From Desulfosudaceae bacterium (GTDB lineage Bacteria > Desulfobacterota > Desulfobacteria > Desulfobacterales > Desulfosudaceae): 64,000 nt of DNA. The position numbers were made by a program, and so were the translations under genes. Shown in pieces: positions 1 through 7,875 of this stretch. The notes under the pieces were generated by a model. That model was not told where the DNA came from. It saw only the letters and a program-made list of their open reading frames with translations, and did not search any database. Each line of letters opens with the position of its first letter. The stretch's first letter is position 1. The stretch lies in assembly GCA_963674745.2 (NCBI GenBank), contig CAXXDV010000003.1:32001-96000 (forward strand), read 5' to 3'.

Positions 1-20
1 AGTGACGGTGGACGTTCGGC
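1..20 (+). repeat. attC right end (partial, cut by window edge)
   Basis: GGTGGAC-GTTCGGC. GTTCGGCATC is complementary to GATGCCGAAC at 394-403. Confidence 0.8.
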
Positions 21-36
21 ATCAAATGAAAATATA

Positions 37-444
37 ATGGAGCAAATTAAAACAGAAAACCAGATCGCAATCGAGAAAATTTCTGCTGGATTAAAAGATT
101 TATCCCTATCGGTATTTTTGATGACAATTGCCCTTGGAGTCTTATTCTATATCATTTATCATAATGATTTAGATACTCGTAAGGGAGAATATTTGTTATT
201 TTATTCTCTTGTTCCATTTGGTGCGACATTGATACTATCGATAATATCAATCTACAAAATTGGAAAAACTTTACAGAAGAATGTTGATGTTTGGTTTTTG
301 GCCAGTATTATCTTTCCGATAGTTATTTTTATTGCGATACTTTATTTCTTTATCATCGCAGTTTTCCAAATAATAAAATTAAAATTAAGCAAGGATGCCG
401 AACAAGGCAGCGCAAAAAGACAACCAGGGCAGGTGCGTTTCTGA
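37..444 (+). CDS. Cassette 1: hypothetical membrane protein (about 3 TM); ORF ends inside attC
   Basis: ORF track; hydrophobic segments; fills the cassette. Confidence 0.75.
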   Translation: MEQIKTENQIAIEKISAGLKDLSLSVFLMTIALGVLFYIIYHNDLDTRKGEYLLFYSLVPFGATLILSIISIYKIGKTLQKNVDVWFLASIIFPIVIFIAILYFFIIAVFQIIKLKLSKDAEQGSAKRQPGQVRF

Positions 445-524
445 ACATTCGGGGGAATTGAATATCAAACAACTTTAAGGAAGGCGGAGGACGCCCTGGC
501 TGCTTTTGGCTGCCGCCGTTATAT
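397..524 (+). repeat. attC, family A
   Basis: GCCGAAC...CCAGGGC...GCCCTGG...GTTATAT; similar to sites at 2026, 5138 and 5532. Confidence 0.9.
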
Positions 525-546
525 TTTAAAGGGTAAATAAATTATT

Positions 547-996
547 ATGGCCTTGAGCCTTTCCGAAAGAATGGACTTGTTCCAAAGATTTAAGGATAAG
601 GACATTGATAAGTTGCTCAAATTATCAGTAACTTTTAAGGCCAACAAAAATTATGATAAGGCCCACCTTACTGATTTGCTGATAAAAATTAAAACCCAGG
701 ATATTGATGGCTTAAAACGGCTAACCAAAGAATTATCACGTTCTGGAGCTTTGATGGAATCAGTTTATGCTGATTCTCTGTTACAAGAAAAATTATCGAG
801 AAAAACAGAAGAAAGAAAACAAGCGAAAAAACAGAAAAAGATGGCCAAGCGCGAGAAGAAAGAAGAACCCGAAGAAGATAAGTCTATACCGCCATTTGGG
901 CTAACAGATGAGGTTTATGAGGCTATGTCGAAAAGAATTGCACTTAACTCACAAAGACATAAGGACAGGATAAAAGGAGCCTCAGAGACAGAATAA
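547..996 (+). CDS. Cassette 2: hypothetical Lys/Glu-rich soluble protein
   Basis: ORF fills the cassette; stop lies just before the attC. Confidence 0.75.
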   Translation: MALSLSERMDLFQRFKDKDIDKLLKLSVTFKANKNYDKAHLTDLLIKIKTQDIDGLKRLTKELSRSGALMESVYADSLLQEKLSRKTEERKQAKKQKKMAKREKKEEPEEDKSIPPFGLTDEVYEAMSKRIALNSQRHKDRIKGASETE

Positions 997-997
997 A

Positions 998-1121
998 ATA
1001 TAACAACGCCACTCACACAGACTCGCAGGGGCGCCCTGCCTTAGTTTTTGCATAGTGTGGTGTTGAACTAACATTTAAGAAGTCCGCAAACCCTGCTCGC
1101 CGGTGGTGGCGGACGTTATAT
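998..1121 (+). repeat. attC, family B
   Basis: ATATAACAACGCCAC...GTGGCGGACGTTATAT. Confidence 0.92.
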
Positions 1122-1178
1122 GCTTTAATTGATTTTCTTTAAAGAAATTCTGCTCTTGTGGATATATAATGACAAAGT

Positions 1179-1436
1179 ATGATTGAGACTAAATCAGACT
1201 TTCGGGAACAAAAGGGATTTAAATCCGACGATCTTGTGTGCCATTGCTTTGGGTACACGAAAAAAGATATTGAATTTGACCTGAAGGAAAATGGCAAATC
1301 CCTTATCCTTGAGAGAATAGCTCTTGAGAAAAAAGCTGGCGGATGTAATTGCGTTTCGAAAAACCCATGTGGCGAATGATGTTTAGCTGATGTCCGCCAG
1401 GTGGTGGAATCATTTAAAAAGAAAAACAGCATATAA
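1179..1436 (+). CDS. Cassette 3: BFD/CopZ-like [2Fe-2S]-type protein, probable selenoprotein (UGA at 1377-1379), 85 aa
   Basis: VCHCF...CNCVSKNPCGE-UGA-CLADV matches the NPxGxCC motif. The frame continues to a TAA inside the attC box, and a SECIS-like hairpin follows the UGA. Confidence 0.8.
1388..1412 (+). promoter_or_regulatory. Bacterial SECIS-like hairpin
   Basis: TGAT-(G)-TCCGCC[AGGT]GGTGGA-ATCA; the loop starts 19 nt after the UGA and has G at loop position 2. Confidence 0.7.
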
Positions 1437-1554
1437 CAACACGTTGGTGAGGGACCGCAAGGGGCGGTCGGTTTTGGCACTTATCAAATAATTCAAAAAC
1501 GTGTCTTCGGCGGCGGCCCGTTTCCCTTGCGGCCCCACACCGTGGACGTTAGGA
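1431..1554 (+). repeat. attC, family C (single copy here)
   Basis: ATATAAC...CCGCAAGGG...CCCTTGCGG...GTTAGGA palindrome. Confidence 0.88.
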
Positions 1555-1566
1555 ATATAATATTTT

Positions 1567-2031
1567 ATGAAGCTACCCGACATGTTGATGGCTTTAATCC
1601 TTATTGCGCTTGGCTCTTTCCTTTTTATGGTTTCATATCATCATCTAAATAATTCAAAAGCCACAGAAAAATGGGTAAAACATAAAGGAGTTGTTTTAAA
1701 TATTGATTACGAGCGTACCTCAATGGGACGTAGAATTAGCAATAGTCCTGTTGTTAAATACAAGTACGAAGTAGATGGAAAAACTTTTCGATCAAATGAC
1801 AGGGAGTTCCCGGATGGGCTAGAAGATGAGGATATATTTGGGCTATATAAAAAGGATAATATAATTGCAATCTACTATAATCCGAATAAACATGCTGAAT
1901 CCTCGCTATTTATTGGCACTAATACAATGAATTATATTTTTCTGTGTTTTTCAGCAATTATTGCTATTGTCGGATTGTTGTTTTTATTTTTTATAGCCAT
2001 TAAAGCAAAAATACAGAGTATGAATTCCTAA
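1567..2031 (+). CDS. Cassette 4: DUF3592-like membrane protein
   Basis: TM, then W-x3-GVV...PVVKYKYEVDGK...IYYNP, then TM. Confidence 0.75.
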   Translation: MKLPDMLMALILIALGSFLFMVSYHHLNNSKATEKWVKHKGVVLNIDYERTSMGRRISNSPVVKYKYEVDGKTFRSNDREFPDGLEDEDIFGLYKKDNIIAIYYNPNKHAESSLFIGTNTMNYIFLCFSAIIAIVGLLFLFFIAIKAKIQSMNS

Positions 2032-2153
2032 CAAGGCATCGCAAGAGGATCGCCAGGGCACTCGGGTTTTGAACATTCGAAGAAAATTGGCCATAATACA
2101 ACTTTAAGTCAGTCGGAGTAAGCCCTGGCGCCCTTTGGCTGCCGACGTTATAT
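2026..2153 (+). repeat. attC, family A
   Basis: TCCTAAC...GTTATAT. Confidence 0.9.
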
Positions 2154-2158
2154 GCAAT

Positions 2159-2458
2159 ATGAATGATACAAATATCAAAAATTTGAAAGAAGCTGTTGGC
2201 TTGGCATGTGACGCATCGTACACGCCAAATATTTTGAAGGGGAGAGATATTATTCTCTCAATGCCAAAAAAATGGGTTCTTGAAAATATCGAAAATGTTG
2301 CGGCGGAAACGCTGAACTTATCCGACGAATGGCATTTTAGGCGGCTTCTGGAAGTTTACGAAACCCTTGATCAAGATTTGGTTACAAAATTAGTTGAGTT
2401 TGGTCTTAAAAGCACAAACGAAGAAATCGTTGAAGCCGCAACTGATTTTAAGAAATAA
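2159..2458 (+). CDS. Cassette 5: hypothetical helical protein (99 aa)
   Basis: First ATG after the attC crossover; the track start at 2135 lies inside the attC. Confidence 0.75.
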   Translation: MNDTNIKNLKEAVGLACDASYTPNILKGRDIILSMPKKWVLENIENVAAETLNLSDEWHFRRLLEVYETLDQDLVTKLVEFGLKSTNEEIVEAATDFKK

Positions 2459-2467
2459 TATTTTTGC

Positions 2468-2591
2468 ATATAACAACGCCACCCACACGGACTCGCAGGG
2501 GCGGGCCGCCTTGGCTTTGGCGTATTTTGGAGTTAAACTCACTTTAGCGAAGTCCGCAAGCCCTGCTCGCCGGTGGTGGCGGACGTTAGAC
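2468..2591 (+). repeat. attC, family B
   Basis: ATATAAC...GTTAGAC. Confidence 0.92.
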
Positions 2592-2592
2592 C

Positions 2593-2949
2593 TTGAAAAT
2601 TATTTTTATGGGCATCCACCTCCTTACCCGATATCGACGAAAACTATATTTTGTTCTGGGTTTTTTTCTTATTGTTTATGCACTTAATATTTTTGTTTTT
2701 GCAAAAAATCTCAGAGAATTTACATATATGTCATTTTGGTTGTTCATGTTCCCTGGTTATATTACAGGATATCTGTTACTGCTGGTCGCTTTAGAATTTA
2801 CATTGAGAGGAAAAAGAGGAAAATATTTACGAACGGTCGAGAATATTTTTTTAGGAGTATTTTTTTGTGCATTAACAATAATCTTTTTACTCTCTGCATG
2901 GCACTTCGGTGGCGTAGGATATGTTTGGAATATAATAATGCCGGTCTAA
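2593..2949 (+). CDS. Cassette 6: hypothetical membrane protein (about 3 TM; alternative ATG at 2608)
   Basis: Stop TAA overlaps the GTCTAAC box. Confidence 0.75.
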   Translation: MKIIFMGIHLLTRYRRKLYFVLGFFLIVYALNIFVFAKNLREFTYMSFWLFMFPGYITGYLLLLVALEFTLRGKRGKYLRTVENIFLGVFFCALTIIFLLSAWHFGGVGYVWNIIMPV

Positions 2950-3067
2950 CAACGCCACTCACGCAGACTCGCAGGGGCGGGCCGCCTTGGATTTGGCGTA
3001 ATTTTGAGTTAAACTCACTTTAAAGAAGTCCGCAAACCCTGCTCGCCGGTGGTGGCGGACGTTGTGC
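2944..3067 (+). repeat. attC, family B
   Basis: GTCTAAC...GTTGTGC. Confidence 0.92.
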
Positions 3068-3085
3068 AGCATAAAACGGTATTCT

Positions 3086-3673
3086 ATGCGAAAAATATTA
3101 TTAATCTTAATTCCGTGCTTAACTCTTTATGCTTGTGGGTCAGGTTCACCGGTTTACACTGTGATGGAAGGTAGTGAAGCTATCATTACTCAAAAGGGAG
3201 AAATAGTTAGAGGCCCTGTTAAACCCGGGCTTCATTTTAAATTACCTTTTGCCGAAAACGTTCATGAATTTAAAGTATGCAGAATTGAACAAATACCGAT
3301 AAAATTAAACAGTTTTCCTGAATATACTGCTTCTATTCTCTGGAAAATCCAAGAGCCAAAGGCTTTTTATTATGCCACTCGAGATAAAGACATAAAAATA
3401 GTTTTAGATAGTCTCTCAGATAAATTTCAAAAGGCGCTAAAGAACATTGAAACTGATAAGATTGCACAAATCGCTGAGGGACAGGAAAGCGATTGCAACT
3501 ATTCAAATCATATGTACGAAAATATTAAAGAGAGCATACAAAGCCAAGCCAAATCGATTGGTATAGAAATCTATAGTATAATTTTTAAAAAAGTTAATGC
3601 GGCTGCACAACAACGCCACTCACACGGACTCGCAGGGGCGGCCTGCCTTAGTTTTAGCATAGTGTGGTGTTGA
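3086..3673 (+). CDS. Cassette 7: SPFH/HflC-like domain lipoprotein; ORF ends inside attC
   Basis: LYAC lipobox; YTV-x-EGSEAIITQKGEI...PGLHFKLPF is HflC-like. Confidence 0.7.
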   Translation: MRKILLILIPCLTLYACGSGSPVYTVMEGSEAIITQKGEIVRGPVKPGLHFKLPFAENVHEFKVCRIEQIPIKLNSFPEYTASILWKIQEPKAFYYATRDKDIKIVLDSLSDKFQKALKNIETDKIAQIAEGQESDCNYSNHMYENIKESIQSQAKSIGIEIYSIIFKKVNAAAQQRHSHGLAGAACLSFSIVWC

Positions 3674-3728
3674 ACTAACCCTTAAAAAGTCCGCAAACCC
3701 TGCTCGCCGGTGGTGGCGGACGTTATAT
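3605..3728 (+). repeat. attC, family B
   Basis: GCACAAC...GTTATAT. Confidence 0.92.
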
Positions 3729-3761
3729 GCTTTGAACTTAAATGCACAAAAATAATTTCAC

Positions 3762-4142
3762 ATGTTCAAAAAAAGATTACTAAACATTCAATGTCCAGAT
3801 TGTAGTGGAGAATTCGATCTGAACTCCGAAGCGATGAAGCAAAGAAAAAACCGTCGTAATTTTTTTTATTTATCTGAAATTGAATGTCCATTATGCAATT
3901 CTATTTTAATTCCAAATATAAATGCCAGAAGAAGAGCCATTTTCATGTTATCACTTTTTGTTCTTGCTTTTATATGGATTATTTTGGGAGTTATTTCCGA
4001 TCTGACAAGCTTTGGGATCAATTATAATTTATATAAATACGTATCAATTTCTCTTTTGGGTTTATTTGGTTTTGCTACCATATATATTAGATTTAAATAT
4101 TCTACATATGAACTAATAAGTAGAAAGAATAATGGCATATAA
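3762..4142 (+). CDS. Cassette 8: zinc-ribbon (CPDC...CPLC) plus 2 TM protein
   Basis: Two CxxC pairs and hydrophobic helices; stop lies in the attC box. Confidence 0.75.
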   Translation: MFKKRLLNIQCPDCSGEFDLNSEAMKQRKNRRNFFYLSEIECPLCNSILIPNINARRRAIFMLSLFVLAFIWIILGVISDLTSFGINYNLYKYVSISLLGLFGFATIYIRFKYSTYELISRKNNGI

Positions 4143-4261
4143 CAACGCCACTCACCCGGACTCGCAGGGGCGGTCGGTTTTGGGTTTTAGCATAGTGTGG
4201 TGTTAAACGAACATTTAAGAAGTCCGCATCCCCTGCTCGCCGGTGGTGGCGGACGTTATAT
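4137..4261 (+). repeat. attC, family B
   Basis: ATATAAC...GTTATAT. Confidence 0.92.
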
Positions 4262-4345
4262 TTTTTATAAAGATGAAATTGATGAGATAGTACTGATTTT
4301 TTGGCTATTGATATTTAAAACTAAAAGCGAATTGGAACAATTGTT

Positions 4346-4609
4346 TTGATAGCCGAATACAAATCCAAAGCAAATATTGGTGTAGGAGTAGGTTTTCTCC
4401 TTCAAGCGTTGAGCATTGTAATGCCCCGTTTCGGAAATGCCGGGGAGTTGATCGGCACTATATTTGCCGCGGTAGGAGGAATTCTCTTCCTATGGGGCTG
4501 TTGTATGTATGCGAAAGGCAAGGGACATCACAGCGCATGGGGTTTGCTTGCATTTTTGTCGCTTCCTGGATTATTGGTCTTGGTTCTTTTTAAAGACGAG
4601 CATAAGTAA
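4346..4609 (+). CDS. Cassette 9: small membrane protein (YAKGKGH-x-SAWGLL type)
   Basis: ORF track; about 3 TM. Confidence 0.7.
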   Translation: MIAEYKSKANIGVGVGFLLQALSIVMPRFGNAGELIGTIFAAVGGILFLWGCCMYAKGKGHHSAWGLLAFLSLPGLLVLVLFKDEHK

Positions 4610-4622
4610 ATTATTCCGAAAA

Positions 4623-4746
4623 ATATAACAACGCCACCCACACGGACTCGCAGGGGCGGGCCGCCTTGGCTTTGGCGTATTTTGGAGTTAAACTCACTTT
4701 AGCGAAGTCCGCAAGCCCTGCTCGCCGGTGGTGGCGGACGTTAGCT
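4623..4746 (+). repeat. attC, family B (identical up to the crossover GTT to the site at 2468)
   Basis: Base-by-base reading. Confidence 0.92.
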
Positions 4747-4757
4747 TTATAAAGTCG

Positions 4758-5201
4758 ATGATAAAAAAATATTTCATATCTGCTTTTTGGGGGCTATTCG
4801 CAGTACTGATACCTTATTCCGTTTTGGTTTTCATTGTTGGAAAGTACACCCCGTCAAATATTTATGGATTAGTTGCCAGTATTTTAGCCCTGATGATAGG
4901 TTTCATTCTCTTGTTTTGTGGGGGGTATATTTCCGGAAGTCTGCTTGGAAACGAAAAAAATGAACGAATTGAAATTTTGAAATTATTACTGGTGACACCT
5001 GGTTTATACATAAGCATTTTTGCCTTTGTGTATATTTCTTTTTGTGATCGTCATAATGTTTTTCAATTTTTTATGATGCTCTTTTTGATATTTTTTTCAA
5101 CGATGGGATCATTTTTGGGATATAAAAACAAATCAAAAGCTAACAAGGCATCGCAAGAGGATCGCCAGGGCACTCGGGTTTTGGACAATTTTGGGGATTG
5201 A
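4758..5201 (+). CDS. Cassette 10: hypothetical membrane protein (about 4 TM); ORF ends inside attC
   Basis: First ATG after the attC; hydrophobic. Confidence 0.7.
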   Translation: MIKKYFISAFWGLFAVLIPYSVLVFIVGKYTPSNIYGLVASILALMIGFILLFCGGYISGSLLGNEKNERIEILKLLLVTPGLYISIFAFVYISFCDRHNVFQFFMMLFLIFFSTMGSFLGYKNKSKANKASQEDRQGTRVLDNFGD

Positions 5202-5264
5202 ACTTAAAACACCTTTAAGGCAGTCAGAGAAAGCCCTGGCGCCCTTTGGCTGCCGCCGTTGTGC
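5138..5264 (+). repeat. attC, family A
   Basis: AGCTAAC...GTTGTGC. Confidence 0.9.
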
Positions 5265-5538
5265 GTATAAAACGCTTTTTGGAAAATCGAGCTACTCGAT
5301 AATTTTTGGCAGGATGAATTTGAAACAAAGGGGGAAAAAGATATAATTTTCATCTTTGCGAATGAACCACCGGCATCGATCAGATCATGCGTTTCTGATC
5401 AGCCGGAAATTGGATTTTTTGAATTCGCCAGTCAATCCGGAAAAGATGAAAAACGGTTTCTGTAATTTTTTGCAAAACTTTGTAACGAAAAGCCCTGCAA
5501 ATTTTTGTGAATCACTATAAAATATATTTTCGCACAAC
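5258..5538 (+). other. Cassette 11: apparently non-coding cassette with a multi-stem structure
   Basis: Ends GTTGTGCG / CGCACAAC; no ORF of 60 aa or more with a canonical start; nested complementary segments at 5347-5452. Confidence 0.7.
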
Positions 5539-5656
5539 AATGCAGCCCAAATGACAGCCAGGGCACTCGGGTTCGAAAATTCGGGGAAAATTGAACTTTA
5601 ACCATCTTTAAGGCAGTCGGAGAAAGCCCTGGCTACTTTGGCTGCAGACGTTATAA
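5532..5656 (+). repeat. attC, family A
   Basis: GCACAAC...GTTATAA. Confidence 0.9.
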
Positions 5657-5683
5657 GACAAATCAGAAATAGAAAAAATCGAA

Positions 5684-6013
5684 TTGGTTGACCATAAAAA
5701 GAAAAATAGATTTTATAATATCCAATTAATCCTAATAATCCCGAGCATGTTTATTTCGTTTTATGTGATTTGGCAATACAAGCAAGGTTTTTTGAGCAAA
5801 GATACAGTAACTTTGTGGTTCGCAGTCTTGTTTTGCCTAATATCATTTTTGAGCGCTTTCTTTTCAGTTGTCTCTGGAAGAGCCTGGGCGTCAGGAGTTG
5901 CTATCGATAAAGAAAAAATGCCTAAACTGTTCAATGTTCTGGTGTCTTTCTACTTTCTATTTTCAGCTTTATGTTTTGTAACTGTCTTATATTATATAAA
6001 CATAATCTTATAA
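5684..6013 (+). CDS. Cassette 12: hypothetical membrane protein (about 3 TM)
   Basis: Stop overlaps the TTATAAC box. Confidence 0.75.
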   Translation: MVDHKKKNRFYNIQLILIIPSMFISFYVIWQYKQGFLSKDTVTLWFAVLFCLISFLSAFFSVVSGRAWASGVAIDKEKMPKLFNVLVSFYFLFSALCFVTVLYYINIIL

Positions 6014-6086
6014 CCATTCAGCGCAAAGGATCGCCAGGGCATTCGGGTTTTGAACATTCGGGGGAAATTGAACAATTAAAATCTTT
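6008..6086 (+). repeat. Truncated attC (family A left arm only)
   Basis: TTATAAC...GGATCGCCAGGGCA...; similarity stops near 6086, with no right arm or GTT box. Confidence 0.8.
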
Positions 6087-6124
6087 ATCCCGGAAAGATT
6101 ATGATTTGGGTCTTTCTGGCAACC

Positions 6125-6205
6125 CAAACCGGCGCGGCTATTAAAATCAAAGCCAAGAATGTTGTCAAATTCAATGCTGGGAAGAAGTTGAGCGACGCTG
6201 TATAA
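6125..6205 (+). pseudogene. 3' remnant of an HU family DNA-binding protein gene
   Basis: Translates QTGAAIKIKAKNVVKFNAGKKLSDAV*, the HU C-terminal pattern. Confidence 0.75.
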
Positions 6206-6242
6206 ACTGTCTTGGCTCTTATTCCTGTTGTTGCTTAAAGAT

Positions 6243-6276
6243 AAAAAGGCTTCCTAGATGTTGGGGGAGCCTTTTT
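6243..6276 (+). terminator. Rho-independent terminator
   Basis: AAAAAGGCTTCC...GGGAGCCTTTTT. Confidence 0.75.
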
Positions 6277-6588
6277 CCGTTACGTGCCGTTACGTACGAA
6301 ATTACAATAATATATCGTATCGACCCTGTTCGCCCCTCCTCTGTTCATACATAAATCTGGGAAATGGGTCTATATAGCGAACGGAATTTTAGGGCGGATA
6401 TGGGTACTGGAAGTCAGGTCTTTGCCATAGTTAATGGTTAAAATTTGGTATGACATAATTCTGACATAGTTTGCGCAAATCTATTGAATTTTTTGCTGCT
6501 GATTGAATGTATTGAATGAAAGTTTTTTCAGCCTAACTGCTGGTAATCAAAAGAGAAGCCATGTATTCCGGCTAATTAGAAAATTTTT

Positions 6589-6621
6589 GGGACAGCGGTT
6601 CAACTCCCGCCGCCTCCACCA
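6589..6621 (+). other. tmRNA (ssrA) 3'-end fragment, probable island att site
   Basis: GGGACAGCGGTTCAACTCCCGCCGCCTCCACCA (T-arm plus acceptor 3' strand), followed by an IHF-like site. Confidence 0.75.
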
Positions 6622-6819
6622 ATTTACCCATAATTTCAATTATTTATAAATAATAGGCGCAAAATTGTGTCTATTATTCTTTTTCCTGTTTTTTCTGTCG
6701 GTATTTCTGCTATTTGTTGTATCGTTCCCATGATCAATTCCATATGCTACGAAAACGGGTTTTGCTTGATTAAAATAAATTACTTGACAAATTTTGCAAG
6801 TTAATATATTTAAGCAAGT

Positions 6820-7875
6820 ATGAAGGCTTTAATTGAAAAACAGGCTATAGCGGAGTTGCCCGGCATTCTGGCAAATTTGCTCGAGATTCCGGAAAGCAAA
6901 GTGACTGTCAGGCGCCCAAAGGGTAAGAATGTACCTGACTTTATCTTGAAGGCACCCGGCTACGAGTTGCTGGCGGAGTTTAAAAGTACGTCTGCGCGTG
7001 CGCCATTGCTGATGGCCCGACAAAAAATTTCAGAGTTTAAAAAAGCATTAAAGAAGTATGCGATTCCTCTGATCGTGGTGCCCTATATGGGAAAATCAGG
7101 AATCGATTTTTGCCGGGATCATAACCTGTCATGGATCGATCTTTCGGGAAATGTTTACATGAAGGCACCGGGACTCTTGCTTCATGTTGAGGGGAGACCC
7201 AACCGGTTTAAAAGTGCCGGTCGACCGGCCAATGTCTTTGCACCCAAAAGTTCACGTATTGTGCGGCAACTGCTCATCGAACCTGGAAAAAGGTACAGTC
7301 AGCGTGAGCTTTCTCAAATCACCGGTCTGGATGAAGGCCAGACCAGCCGTATTGTCCGCAGACTGGAATCCCAAGGCCTGATCGAGAGGGATGATCGAGG
7401 GGGTTTGAGCCCCTCAGCTCCGGATCAGTTTCTCGACGCATGGCATGAAGTTTACGATTTTTCCAGGCATCAGATCATCAAAGGACACATTGCCGCGAGA
7501 ACGGGCGAAGAGCTCCTTAAACGGGTATCCAAATCTTTGTATGAAAAAAACATCAATTATGCAGCCACGGGTTTGGGAGGGGCCTGGCAATACACCCATT
7601 TCGCCAAATTCCGTCTGGCCACCTTTTATTTGGCCGAACCGCCCCAAAAGAATTTGTTTGACCTGCTTCATTTCCGGGAAGATGACAGCGGTGCCAACAC
7701 CTGGCTTGTTATCCCGAATGACCAAGGCGTTTTTCATGGGACCTCGACAAAAGATAATATAATATGTGTACACCCGGTACAGATATACCTTGATCTCAAA
7801 GGACATCCGGAAAGGGCGAAAGAGGCCGCCGCTATGCTTCGCAAAGATATTCTAAAATGGAGGCAGAATGCCTGA
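6820..7875 (+). CDS. AbiEi-like (type IV TA) antitoxin/regulator with MarR-type HTH
   Basis: PD-x-AEFK N-terminus, SQRELSQITGL HTH, VHPVQIYLDL...ERAKEAA C-terminal motif. Confidence 0.75.
   Translation: MKALIEKQAIAELPGILANLLEIPESKVTVRRPKGKNVPDFILKAPGYELLAEFKSTSARAPLLMARQKISEFKKALKKYAIPLIVVPYMGKSGIDFCRDHNLSWIDLSGNVYMKAPGLLLHVEGRPNRFKSAGRPANVFAPKSSRIVRQLLIEPGKRYSQRELSQITGLDEGQTSRIVRRLESQGLIERDDRGGLSPSAPDQFLDAWHEVYDFSRHQIIKGHIAARTGEELLKRVSKSLYEKNINYAATGLGGAWQYTHFAKFRLATFYLAEPPQKNLFDLLHFREDDSGANTWLVIPNDQGVFHGTSTKDNIICVHPVQIYLDLKGHPERAKEAAAMLRKDILKWRQNA

Larger units (their letters stand above)
1..6086 (+). mobile_element. Integron gene-cassette array, distal part (12 cassettes); integrase not in window
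   Basis: Co-oriented small ORFs are separated by 124-128 bp imperfect palindromes bounded by RYYYAAC-like and GTTRRRY-like boxes. Each cassette's 5' GTT box is complementary over 8-11 bp to its own 3' AAC box. Confidence 0.95.

Noticed and set aside
2394..3023. ORFs 2394-2687 and 2736-3023, and extended starts at 2135, 3062 and 4728
   Set aside because: They overlap real cassette genes or translate attC sequence.
397..5656. Repeats read as a CRISPR array
   Set aside because: The repeats are ~125 bp with gene-sized intervals and attC boxes, and there are no cas genes.
6589..6621. Intact tRNA or tmRNA gene
   Set aside because: Only the T-arm and 3' acceptor strand are present; no matching 5' GGGG end was found upstream.
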